Assembly (NCBI GenBank): GCA_038888155.1 | Contig: JAWAJB010000001.1 | Coordinates: 64,001 to 128,000, forward strand | Length of the DNA: 64,000 bases | From: Desulfurococcaceae archaeon | GTDB taxonomy: Archaea; Thermoproteota; Thermoprotei_A; Sulfolobales; Desulfurococcaceae | Direction of reading: 5' to 3' | Shown: one piece after another, positions 30,894-40,816 of the stretch | Layout of the letters: every line of letters starts with the position of its first letter | How positions within the stretch are numbered: position 1 is the stretch's first letter | Translations under genes and position numbers: made by a program | Notes under the pieces: generated by a model | Told to the model about the DNA's origin: nothing | Seen by the model: only the letters and a program-made list of their open reading frames with translations | Databases searched by the model: none

Positions 30894-33800
30894 CTAAACG
30901 GGCTTGATTATGATTATGTATGTTTCATCATCTATGTCCCACTCTTCTATTAAACCGCCCGTTTTGCTGACCACATCCCTTTCACTCGCTATTTGAAGCT
31001 CCACGCTTCGAGTCTCGCCTAATATAAGGTCTCGCTTTAATTCCAATAGCCTTTTTTTGTCTGGTGGAGATATTATAGTTGTTTTTATCCTAGCCGTGAG
31101 CTCCAAATCAAGCTTCTTCCTCATTACCTGGACTCGCCTTATTACATCTCTAGCAAGTCCTTCTGCTAATTCTTCAGCGGTAAGCCTCGTATCTAATGCT
31201 ACAGCGCCGTATTTAAAGTCCTCTACAATATATCCTTCGACGTAGTATGGGTATATCTCCACGTCCTCCCCCCTTAGCTCGATCTCTACGCCTGCTATCG
31301 CAGTTCTATGAACGCCTCCTTCCAATATATCCCTAACTACGGCCTCGCTATTCAGCTCAAGGTATTCAGTTATCTGCTTAAGTAAATCCCTGTACTTCGG
31401 ACCTAAGAGTCTAAATTGGGGTTTTACTCTGTATCTGGTAATTTCTCTAATCTGTTTAGCTTCAGCGACCTCTATTATTTTGGCGTTACATAGGAATTTA
31501 ACTGTATCCTCAAGGAGCTCGACAGATTTTCTTACTTTAACGTTATCTGTGTACACAATGATTTTTCTAATAGGTTGACGTAGCTTCAAACCAGCGTGCA
31601 TACGCGCACTGGAAGCTGAGCTATAAACTTCGCGTATTATCTCCATGGATTCTTCGATTTGGCTATTTAAGAATTTTACATCTGGCTCGGGATAACTCAA
31701 CAGGTGAACGCTAGGAAGATCGTACGCCCTTTTTAACAGAACCTGATATATGTACTCCGAAATAAATGGATTTATTGGAGCTAGCAATCTTATTAGCCGA
31801 TCAATGACGTAGAATAGAACGGCGTAAGCAGATATCTTATCTACGGTGTTCTCATCAATCCATACCCTTGGCCTAATGAGCCTAACATACCAGTGACTAA
31901 GGTCCTCGACTATAAATTCCCTTATGCGTCTAACTGCCGTTGCAACCTCGTAATTATTCATGAGCTTATCTAGCTCAGATATCAGAGAATTTATTCTACT
32001 AAGTATCCACATATCTTCTTGTTTTAATGCTCCTATGTATTTTGAAATGGGGTTAATTGACGGGTCGTATTTGTCAATATCCATGTACGTTTTAGCAAAT
32101 AGTACAATGTTCCACAATATAGAGAGATCTCTTTTAGCCTCATCTAGCTCTCGCCACGAGAATTTTGTGTCCTCCCAAATTGTGTTACTTAACAGCCACA
32201 ACCTCAGAGGATCTCTACCTACTCTCTCTATAGCTTCGTCCACTCCAACATAGTTTCCAAGGCTTTTGTGCATCTCTCTACCTTGTTCATCAAGCATAAA
32301 GCCATGAACAAGAACTGTTCTATATGGTGCACTGTCAAATCCTATAACTCCAGACCTTAGCAACGAGAAAAACCATCCGCGAATCTGGTCGTGTCCCTCA
32401 ACAACGAAGTCTGCTATTATTTCTTCCTTTTTTAGCCTGTGAGGATGACCTATAGATGCATAGAATGATACGCCGCTATCTAGCCAAACATCTACAACAT
32501 CTGGTACCCTCTTCATCTCTAAGCCGCAGTGTGGACACTTAAACGTTATGTTATCAACCCATGGTTTGTGTAGCTCAAGCGGCTTCTCATTTGTGTAACT
32601 CAGCAATTCCTTGAGGCTCCCTATTACAACCATATGTTCATTTCCGCACATCCATATTGGGAGGGGCGTTCCCCAGTACCTTTGCCTAGATACAACCCAG
32701 TCCTGTAAATTTTCGAGCATATTCATAAGTCGAGTTAAAGCCCATGACGGAATCCAGTTGACACTAGAAGCCTCGCTCTTAATCTCCTCCTTTAACCTTG
32801 TGACTTTAATTACCCACTGCCTCGCCGCTCTCAATATAACGGGAGTTTTACATCTCCAACAAATAGGGTACCTGTGGGCAATTCTTCCACTATATATTAG
32901 TGCTTTTCTTTCGCGAAGAGCATTAATTATAGCCTCATTTGCTTCCCTTACATTGATGCCAGCAAAAACCCCTGCATCGCTAGTGAACCTGCCCTCTTCA
33001 TCGACGGGACATAACACGAGATTTTGTAAGCCGTGCTTCTTAGCCGCATCGTAGTCTTCAAAGCCGTGTCCAGGCGCTGCGTGTACCAGCCCCGTTCCCT
33101 CGTGCATAGAAACGTACTCGGGCGAGAGAATAACTCTGTGATATCTGCTTACCTTATTTTGGAGCGGGACTATATCTCTGAGGGGGTGCTCGTATGCGTA
33201 TTTAGCTAGTTCCTTTCCTGGCAACTTTTCAATAACGTCGTAGTTAACAATGTCGCACTCCTTCATTACTTCCCGTAGTCTTTTCTCGGCAAGAACGAGT
33301 GTCTCGTTTCCAACTCTTACCTTAACATAGATCTCGTCTGGGTGCGCCATTACAAAGACATTAGCAGGAAGCGTCCACGGGGTAGTAGTCCAGATCAATA
33401 GATAAACTCCATCTTCTCCACTAACGGGAAATTTTACGTATATGCTCGGATCCTCTAATTCCCTATACTCCACCTCGTACTCAGCAAGTGTAGTTGAACA
33501 CCTTGGGCACCAGTACACTACCCTGTGTTCTGAAGCGAGCAAGCCCTTATTTTCAGCCTGCTTTATAAGCCACCACGCTGCTTCTATGTACTCATCAGTT
33601 AAAGTGAGGTACGGGTTCTCCCAGTCCATGAATACTCCAAGTTCTTTAAACCACTTTGTCATGGCTCTCAGATTGTGTAAAGCAAATTTCTTGCATTCCG
33701 CTACAAAATTGTCTACGCCAATCCTGCCTTCAATCTCCTTCTTTGATCCAACGCCTAACTTTTGTTCTACCTTAACCTCTATTGGTAAGCCGTGACAGTC

Positions 33801-34064
33801 GTATCCAGGCCGGTCATTTACTTTAAAACCCTTCATTCGCCGATACCTTAAAACGGCGTCCTTGAGAGATTTATTCCATGCCGTACCTAAGTGAGGAATA
33901 TCCCCAGATGGGTATGGAGGACCATCAACAAAGTTAAATAACTTAGTGTTCTTATTGACTTTGTCCTTCACAAGTTGATATACCTTATTCGCTTCCCAAA
34001 ACTCGATAACAGATCTCTCTACCTTATGTGGATCGTAATTTCCTTCAAATCTCCAGTCATACAT
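30894..34064 (-). CDS. ileS: Isoleucine--tRNA ligase
   Basis: DGPPY, HLGT (HIGH variant), GYDCHGLPIE, WTTTPWTLP, GTGLVH, SRQRYWG, EGHDQIRGWF, EMHKS (KMSKS variant). Confidence 0.97.
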   Translation of the reverse strand: MYDWRFEGNYDPHKVERSVIEFWEANKVYQLVKDKVNKNTKLFNFVDGPPYPSGDIPHLGTAWNKSLKDAVLRYRRMKGFKVNDRPGYDCHGLPIEVKVEQKLGVGSKKEIEGRIGVDNFVAECKKFALHNLRAMTKWFKELGVFMDWENPYLTLTDEYIEAAWWLIKQAENKGLLASEHRVVYWCPRCSTTLAEYEVEYRELEDPSIYVKFPVSGEDGVYLLIWTTTPWTLPANVFVMAHPDEIYVKVRVGNETLVLAEKRLREVMKECDIVNYDVIEKLPGKELAKYAYEHPLRDIVPLQNKVSRYHRVILSPEYVSMHEGTGLVHAAPGHGFEDYDAAKKHGLQNLVLCPVDEEGRFTSDAGVFAGINVREANEAIINALRERKALIYSGRIAHRYPICWRCKTPVILRAARQWVIKVTRLKEEIKSEASSVNWIPSWALTRLMNMLENLQDWVVSRQRYWGTPLPIWMCGNEHMVVIGSLKELLSYTNEKPLELHKPWVDNITFKCPHCGLEMKRVPDVVDVWLDSGVSFYASIGHPHRLKKEEIIADFVVEGHDQIRGWFFSLLRSGVIGFDSAPYRTVLVHGFMLDEQGREMHKSLGNYVGVDEAIERVGRDPLRLWLLSNTIWEDTKFSWRELDEAKRDLSILWNIVLFAKTYMDIDKYDPSINPISKYIGALKQEDMWILSRINSLISELDKLMNNYEVATAVRRIREFIVEDLSHWYVRLIRPRVWIDENTVDKISAYAVLFYVIDRLIRLLAPINPFISEYIYQVLLKRAYDLPSVHLLSYPEPDVKFLNSQIEESMEIIREVYSSASSARMHAGLKLRQPIRKIIVYTDNVKVRKSVELLEDTVKFLCNAKIIEVAEAKQIREITRYRVKPQFRLLGPKYRDLLKQITEYLELNSEAVVRDILEGGVHRTAIAGVEIELRGEDVEIYPYYVEGYIVEDFKYGAVALDTRLTAEELAEGLARDVIRRVQVMRKKLDLELTARIKTTIISPPDKKRLLELKRDLILGETRSVELQIASERDVVSKTGGLIEEWDIDDETYIIIIKPV

Positions 34065-34208
34065 GCGAAATCTCCTTATATGTATCTATTCAGGCAATCC
34101 GAGCATTTTATGTCTACATATATAGCTTAAGCGAATGGTATTAAAGAGTTTATAGTTGTAAAGCAAGTGCATTTAAATTTACAGTAAAAACAGCCATAAG
34201 AGAATACC

Positions 34209-34901
34209 TTATAAGCTAGTTAAACCTAGCTTCAAGAGTGTTTCAACATACGCAAGCACAACTCTAAAGCTCAGCTTAGAACTGCCTGTTTTTCTCGCCG
34301 CGAAAACGTAAGGCTCCTCACATATATTACTGGTTTTAAGGAGGCTCAATATTTCAACGAGTGCCTTATAGCCGCGAGGGACAATAGGACTCCACAACAA
34401 CAGGATGTCCCTCCGAGCTGCAAAGAAGCCGCTAACGGGGTCCTTTATCTTTCTGCATTTAGGTATTAAGAGCCTTGCCAAGAAAACAGCAGCTAGAGAT
34501 ACTGCTTTTCTCCAGGGGCTCAGCCCCTCTACCCTCCCCCCACTGATGTACCTCGAGGCTATAACGATATCGCATTCGCCCACTCTAGAGGTCAGTTTTG
34601 GGATTAGGTGCGGGGGGTGCTGTAAGTCAGCATCCATAACTACGACAATTTTGCCTCTTGCAGTAGAAATGCCTTCGTGGATTGCCGAGGTTAAACCCAG
34701 TTTGCCCGATCTTTTAATTACTTTGACTGGGTACAGCCTAGATAGCTCCACTGCAATATCTGCAGTTCCATCCGGGCTGTTATCATCCACTACTATTATC
34801 TCGAATTTACTGCTATTCATATGCCTGTTTATTGACTCAACTAGTCTAGCTATATTCTCTCTTTCGTTATAAGTAGGTAAAATAATTGAGACTTCGATCA
34901 A
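34209..34901 (-). CDS. GT2 polyprenol-phosphate mannosyltransferase (DPM1-like)
   Basis: ILPTYNE, VVDDNSPDGT, MDADLQHPP, ASRY, DPVSGFF, GSSKL. Confidence 0.9.
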   Translation of the reverse strand: MIEVSIILPTYNERENIARLVESINRHMNSSKFEIIVVDDNSPDGTADIAVELSRLYPVKVIKRSGKLGLTSAIHEGISTARGKIVVVMDADLQHPPHLIPKLTSRVGECDIVIASRYISGGRVEGLSPWRKAVSLAAVFLARLLIPKCRKIKDPVSGFFAARRDILLLWSPIVPRGYKALVEILSLLKTSNICEEPYVFAARKTGSSKLSFRVVLAYVETLLKLGLTSL

Positions 34902-35080
34902 AAGTTCCCCTTTTCTCTTTTTTATTACTTGCCGCTAATTAATCAAATTCTCTCTTAGACATGACAGAACTGGTCTCAGTCGCTGTAATTTCGCTTTTGG
35001 CACAACGTTTTTTAATCGCTTTAAGAAATAGAGATGTCTATAAGATTAAAGTATTATAATCATAGTAATCGGTGGGCTAA

Positions 35081-38002
35081 GTGTCCCAGAAAAAGCTTGA
35101 TTTTCTTGAGTGGCTGAGAGATGTTGAGAAGAAATGGCAGACTGTGTGGAGAGAGAATAAAACGTTTCAATCCTATGTGTTAGAAAACTCGCCTAAGTAC
35201 TTTATAACAGTTCCTTATCCCTACGCTAATGGGCCATTGCACATAGGACACGGCAGGACATACACTATAGGTGATGTCATTGCAAGGTATAAGAGATTGC
35301 GCGGATTCAATGTACTCTTCCCCATGGCTTTTCACATAACAGGGACGCCCATAATCGCCTTTTCTGAAATGATTAGTAGGGGAGACAGCAGAATAGTATC
35401 AATGTACAGAGACTACATTAAGATGTATTTGGGAGAAGGTGAAGACGTAGATAAAGTCCTTGAGTCCTTTAGAGATCCACTAAACCTTGCAACGTTCTTT
35501 GCAGACAGAATTCAAAAAGATTTCGAGGAGCTGGGCTATAGCATAGATTGGCGTAGAAGATTTCATACAGGCGAGCTAACCTACAATAAATTCGTTACAT
35601 GGCAATTCTATCGTCTGCTTGAGAAAGGTCTCATAACGAGAGGTGACTACATTGTTACCTATTGTTTACTTCATGCGCAGCCTGAGGGAGAGGATGATAT
35701 CCAGGATGCCGATGTAAATCCGGTAGAGATAATTGAGTACACTGCTGTTAAGTTCAAGTTAATAGATGCAGAGAAAGTGTATTTACTTGCAGCTACTCTC
35801 CGCCCCGAGACGCTCTTTGGAGTGACTAACGTTTGGGTTCACCCCGATGTCAACTACGTCTTTTGCGAGTATAACGACGAAAAATACATCCTGAGTGAGA
35901 GGGCGCTGGTGAAGTTCGCTCATCAACATCCAGATGAAAAAATTAAAGTCATTTCACATATAAAGGGAAAGGAACTGCTGGGTAAGTGGGTTGAATCCCC
36001 TCTGGGTATAAAAGTACCCATATTGCCGGCATGGTTCGTAGATCCAGATAACGCCACTGGAGTAGTCTACTCCGAACCAAGCGATGCCCCTTACGATTAC
36101 ATTGCGCTCCTTGAGCTTAAGAGTAGTCCAGATGTCCTAAGGGAGCACGGCTTGGATCCAGATATTCTAGCGGGGATTGAACCAAAGAAAATAATTAGCG
36201 TCCCCGGCATTGAAGATCATCACGCCAAAGTAGTCATTGAAAAGTTGAAAATAGAGTCCCAGAGAGATCCCAGGCTAGAGGAAATTTCAAGCGAAGTGTA
36301 CCGTGAACAATTTTACAACGGCGTAATGATAGTAGAACACCCCGAATTCAGAGGCCTTAACGTTAGGGAGGCACGAGAGAAGTTTAAAGCGATGCTTTAC
36401 TCAAACGCTCACGCATTTCCTTTCTATGAGCTGAGTAGAAAGGCCTGGTGTCGCTCGGGAGGAGAAATCATAGTTGCTAAGATTAGGGGACAGTGGTTCA
36501 TTAATTACAACCTGGACTGGCTAAAAGAAAGAGCTAAAAAAGCGTTGAACAGCGACGAAATAAGAGTAATCCCAGCCAAGTACAAGAAGCTATTCACGGA
36601 TACTGTTGACTGGCTTGATAAAAGGCCATGCGCTAGAAAAAGAGGAATAGGTACAAGGCTTCCTTGGAGCCCTGATTGGATAGTAGAGAGCTTAAGCGAC
36701 TCCACTATATACATGGCGTTTTACACAATAGCGCACATAATTAGAGAAAACAAGATAAGTGAAGAGTCTTTAGTGCCCGAGGTATTTAATTATGTATTCC
36801 TAGGAGAAGGGGATATCAACGAAGTATCCACTAAAAGTCGTATCCCATTGGAGCTCCTCGAGAAAATGAGGAAAGAGTTTGCATACTGGTACCCTGTAGA
36901 TCACAGGCATACAGCTATACCTCACATAACTAACCATTTAACGTTCTACATATTGCACCACTTAGCAATATTTCCAGAAGCTTATACTCCGAAGTTAATT
37001 TCACTCAATGAAGCCGTTATTAGAGAAGGATCGAAGATGTCTAAGAGTAAGGGCAACGTTATTCCACTTAGGCATATTGTTACAGTCTACTCTGCCGACC
37101 TATTTAGGCTTTACATATCATGGGCAGCTAATTTAGACAGCGTCCTAGATTGGCGTGAAACAGAGGTTAACAAAGTCGTCGACAGTCTAGCCCGGTTCAC
37201 CAATATAGCTAAGAGCTCTATAAACGCTATCTGTAGCGAGGAGAGAGAAGACGTATTCAGTGCGTGGTTCATAAACAAGTTCAATGAGGCTTTAATTAAG
37301 GCCACGGAGGCCATTGAGAACCTAGAGGTGAGAGATTATGCACAAATAGCTTTCTTCGATATATTATCACTTATAGATAAGTACAGAAGTATGGTAGGCG
37401 AGGAATTTGTGTGTGGAACTAAAAAAATCCTAGCAGACTGGACTATCCTCCTAAGTCCCTTAATCCCCCACCTAGCAGAAGAAATAAACAGCTGGCTTGA
37501 AAAGGCAAGCCTCGCTTCGCTCGCCAAATGGCCTCAACCCAAAGAAGTGAACGAGGAGATAATAACTCTTGTTGACAACCTAGACCTACTCATTTCAGAT
37601 GCAAGAGAATTGCTTGGGCTAGTTAAAAGAAAGCCTACAAGGCTCTACATCATTGTAGCGCCTGAGTGGAAAAAAGAGATCGCTAAGTATGTAATGAACG
37701 ACGTTCCGCTCAAGAACGTTATTGACGGTATGAGAGTGGAATACGGGCTACGTGGACGGGAAGCTGAGATAATAGACGCCTATAACATATTTAAGAGGTT
37801 GGATAAAGCGCTGCTTGAGAAAATTATAAAAATTAAGAGTAAAAATGAATTTAGCGTATATAGAGAAGCCATAAGCTACATCAAGTCTAAGCTCATCAAC
37901 GCAGAAGAAATAATAGTTCTATGGGAAGACGAGGCCAGAGCTAAAAACATACCAAAAGCAGAACGCGCCATGCCTCTAAAGCCAGCACTATACATTGAGT
38001 AG
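35081..38002 (+). CDS. leuS: Leucine--tRNA ligase (archaeal type)
   Basis: PYPYANGPLHIGH, FHITGTP, SIDWRRRF, ATLRPET, ESLSDSTIY, YWYP, KMSKSKGN, PLKPALYIE. Confidence 0.96.
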   Translation: MSQKKLDFLEWLRDVEKKWQTVWRENKTFQSYVLENSPKYFITVPYPYANGPLHIGHGRTYTIGDVIARYKRLRGFNVLFPMAFHITGTPIIAFSEMISRGDSRIVSMYRDYIKMYLGEGEDVDKVLESFRDPLNLATFFADRIQKDFEELGYSIDWRRRFHTGELTYNKFVTWQFYRLLEKGLITRGDYIVTYCLLHAQPEGEDDIQDADVNPVEIIEYTAVKFKLIDAEKVYLLAATLRPETLFGVTNVWVHPDVNYVFCEYNDEKYILSERALVKFAHQHPDEKIKVISHIKGKELLGKWVESPLGIKVPILPAWFVDPDNATGVVYSEPSDAPYDYIALLELKSSPDVLREHGLDPDILAGIEPKKIISVPGIEDHHAKVVIEKLKIESQRDPRLEEISSEVYREQFYNGVMIVEHPEFRGLNVREAREKFKAMLYSNAHAFPFYELSRKAWCRSGGEIIVAKIRGQWFINYNLDWLKERAKKALNSDEIRVIPAKYKKLFTDTVDWLDKRPCARKRGIGTRLPWSPDWIVESLSDSTIYMAFYTIAHIIRENKISEESLVPEVFNYVFLGEGDINEVSTKSRIPLELLEKMRKEFAYWYPVDHRHTAIPHITNHLTFYILHHLAIFPEAYTPKLISLNEAVIREGSKMSKSKGNVIPLRHIVTVYSADLFRLYISWAANLDSVLDWRETEVNKVVDSLARFTNIAKSSINAICSEEREDVFSAWFINKFNEALIKATEAIENLEVRDYAQIAFFDILSLIDKYRSMVGEEFVCGTKKILADWTILLSPLIPHLAEEINSWLEKASLASLAKWPQPKEVNEEIITLVDNLDLLISDARELLGLVKRKPTRLYIIVAPEWKKEIAKYVMNDVPLKNVIDGMRVEYGLRGREAEIIDAYNIFKRLDKALLEKIIKIKSKNEFSVYREAISYIKSKLINAEEIIVLWEDEARAKNIPKAERAMPLKPALYIE

Positions 38003-38201
38003 CTTCGTTGTCGCTCCTTAGTTCAAATTTTCATAATCAACAACAACATAGGTCATTGAGTTTAAACGCTTTACAGCTCGAGTAGAAGCTGTTCCAGTCT
38101 TTGATAACTTAAAGACGACTCCTCTAGCGCTGTTCACTTAACGGCCCATTTCAACGGGACGCTATTTTTAGTATAGAGGGCCGGAGTACAAAAGTAGTCG
38201 T

Positions 38202-39005
38202 TCACTCATTAGATCTCTGGGTTTCTATGCATATGTCTACTCCCATTAACTCCAGCATTTTCCTCACTCTCTCAAGTTTGTCCTCTGACGCTCCCTCGAG
38301 CCTTATTAATGCATCTCCGTGAATCTTTCCTCTTGAGATCACCCTCAACCTTAGTCTCTCAACGCTAACTCCGCTCTCCCTGAATGCCTCTAGTACTTTC
38401 TGAAATTCTGTGCTGGATGGTGCAATGTCCACCAGGACATTTACGAAGTCCCTACTCACTTTTATAATCTCGTAAATCACATACGTTGTCAATAAAACTC
38501 CCCCGCCGTAATCTATCAAGTAGTGTAGATATGCTCCACCTAGGCTTGCAAATATGCTTACGGTACCCTCTATCAACTCGCTCATTGTGAAGAGGCCGTA
38601 CGTCCTCAGACTTTGCGAGAGCCGCATTGAAATTACTATAGCTATTGAGTAAATAGCCATTGCAAGAATTGCATATAAAGTGGCCTCTGGAAGGACTATG
38701 TATTCCTTTACAAAGTAGAGCCTTGATAGTGCTACTCCGGCAACGAAGCTGTATACAATTAGAGTTGAAAGGATGCCAGCGTACTCATATCGTTCATGTC
38801 CGAAGTGGTGATCGCTGTCTGGGGGTATAACGGTTACCCTATTAAAAGCTAACGTTGTAAAAAGAGATATTATATTAGCGAAGCTAGTTGTAGCGTCTAC
38901 AAACAGCGTATTACTGCCGTATAATACACCACCGGCTATTTTTAACAGCGAAGCAATGAGACCGGATACCAACACGACCATAAGCAGGTCCATAGCAAGT
39001 CCCAT
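38202..39005 (-). CDS. Cation diffusion facilitator (CDF) family transporter
   Basis: Multiple TM helices, PPDSDHHFGHERYE, LVDIAP, C-terminal RLR..G..HGD. Confidence 0.85.
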   Translation of the reverse strand: MGLAMDLLMVVLVSGLIASLLKIAGGVLYGSNTLFVDATTSFANIISLFTTLAFNRVTVIPPDSDHHFGHERYEYAGILSTLIVYSFVAGVALSRLYFVKEYIVLPEATLYAILAMAIYSIAIVISMRLSQSLRTYGLFTMSELIEGTVSIFASLGGAYLHYLIDYGGGVLLTTYVIYEIIKVSRDFVNVLVDIAPSSTEFQKVLEAFRESGVSVERLRLRVISRGKIHGDALIRLEGASEDKLERVRKMLELMGVDICIETQRSNE

Positions 39006-39201
39006 CAGAGAGGAATATGTTAACTGAGTAATAATTTAAGTGTAAAACTTTCCTTACCGATAAGCTGTGCGAACCCCTTGATTTTTTTAGCAGCGCAGGC
39101 AACCGCAATAGCTCTCCGTGAAATGGGTATTCGAGCACGCTCTACATTATCGAGCTGAAAATTTTTATACCGACCTTCATATTATTTAGCTCGGTGTAAA
39201 A

Positions 39202-39444
39202 ATGGCTAAGTACAAAGTCAAAATAGATCCGAGGGACAACTGCATCTCAGATATGGTATGTGTATCAATATGCCCAGAAGTATTTGAAATGAACCCCGAT
39301 GACAATAGATCTCAGATTACTCCGAAGTACAGAGAAGGCGGGAATGTTGCTGTGGGTCTAGTGCCCGAAGAACTATCCACGTGCGTACAAGACGCTGCAA
39401 ACGCGTGTCCTATTCAAATAATTTTGGTTGAAAAGGCAGAGTGA
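39202..39444 (+). CDS. fdx: Monocluster ferredoxin
   Basis: CISDMVCVSICPEVF ... AANACP (CxxDxxC...CP). Confidence 0.92.
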   Translation: MAKYKVKIDPRDNCISDMVCVSICPEVFEMNPDDNRSQITPKYREGGNVAVGLVPEELSTCVQDAANACPIQIILVEKAE

Positions 39445-39491
39445 TTTAGGCCTCAATACATTTTTTCAAATTCCATTTTATTTACAGGTGC

Positions 39492-40730
39492 GTGTACTTG
39501 AGATCCCGTGAGCTTCTTAACTTTGCATTGGAAGTGCTCTCTAATAGTTTAAAATACAAAACAATATATGGCGAGGATTCAGAGGTAATTGTAGAGTACT
39601 ATAGAGAGGTTCTCTCTAACTACGGTATTCACACAACTGTACATAGAGTTCCTAGCGAGTACGTAGAGAAATTTGTCCCCGCTCGGTTTAACCCGCAGAA
39701 ACCTAGGTATATACTACTTGCGCGCGTAGGCTACGGCGATAAAGTCCTACAATATAACGGACATTACGATGTAGTGCCGCCAGGAGATGGGTGGAGCTCT
39801 GACCCTTTTAGTCCAGTTATTAAAGGGGGAAGGCTATACGGCAGAGGAACAAGCGACATGAAGGGCGGAATAGCTGCTATTCTGGCGTCGCTAGTATACT
39901 TTGCCCAAGTGAAGGAGCCAAGTTTGATCGTAGAGGCGGCCCTAGTTCCAGACGAGGAGATTGGAGGAATAACAGGAACTGGGTATTTAATAAAAGAGTT
40001 AGGCAGTCGGCCAGACTGGGCTGTAATAGGAGAGCCATCGGGAATAAACAACATTTACATAGGTCATCGAGGTACCCTGTGGTTAATGATAAAAATACTT
40101 GGCAAGCAGGCACATGGCTCCTCTCCTTGGGTAGGGGACAACGCATTTAAGAAAATGCTTACCTACGCGAGCATTTTCCTAGATAAATACGAGAAATACC
40201 TCAATAATAAAGCAAGTAAGCTAGTATACGAGGATCCACGTGCATCAAAGCCATCTTTAAGTGTGGGGGGTCTACTACTATCTGCTGGCGCTGTGAACAT
40301 TGTCCCTGGAATAAGCGGCTTTAGTGTTGATAGAAGACTTATAGTTGAAGAGAGCGCTGAAGAGGTGCTTAGTGAAATCATTATGCTTGATGAAGAAATT
40401 AAAAAGGATACGGGAATACAAAGCGAAATCGAGGTGCTCAACAAATCAAATCCAGCGTACACGCCAGAGAGTTCACCAATAGTTTCTACCCTGCGAGATG
40501 TCGTCAAGGCCGTGACAGGTGCCGAAGCCTCGAGTACTATCTGCAACGGCGGGCTGGACTTAAAATACTACACAAATGCAGGTATACCTGCTGTAGCTTA
40601 TGGTCCAGGTAATGGCGAAGTAGCTCATAAAGCTGATGAGTACATAGAAATAGATCACCTTGAAAAAGCAATTGAGGTGTACATAGAGCTTATTAAGAGG
40701 CTTGAAGATTTAAGCTCTGAAAGAGCGTAG
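39492..40730 (+). CDS. M20 family metallopeptidase (ArgE/DapE-like)
   Basis: NGHYDVVP, YGRGTSDMKGG, PDEEIGG, IGEPS, GKQAHGS, AH..DEY. Confidence 0.92.
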   Translation: MYLRSRELLNFALEVLSNSLKYKTIYGEDSEVIVEYYREVLSNYGIHTTVHRVPSEYVEKFVPARFNPQKPRYILLARVGYGDKVLQYNGHYDVVPPGDGWSSDPFSPVIKGGRLYGRGTSDMKGGIAAILASLVYFAQVKEPSLIVEAALVPDEEIGGITGTGYLIKELGSRPDWAVIGEPSGINNIYIGHRGTLWLMIKILGKQAHGSSPWVGDNAFKKMLTYASIFLDKYEKYLNNKASKLVYEDPRASKPSLSVGGLLLSAGAVNIVPGISGFSVDRRLIVEESAEEVLSEIIMLDEEIKKDTGIQSEIEVLNKSNPAYTPESSPIVSTLRDVVKAVTGAEASSTICNGGLDLKYYTNAGIPAVAYGPGNGEVAHKADEYIEIDHLEKAIEVYIELIKRLEDLSSERA

Positions 40731-40816
40731 ATGGGTTACGCTTTTAAGGCTTTTTATTCTAATTAATCCTTAAGTTAATAGAAAGGTATATTGTGCTGTT
40801 TTAAAAGGAGGATTAA

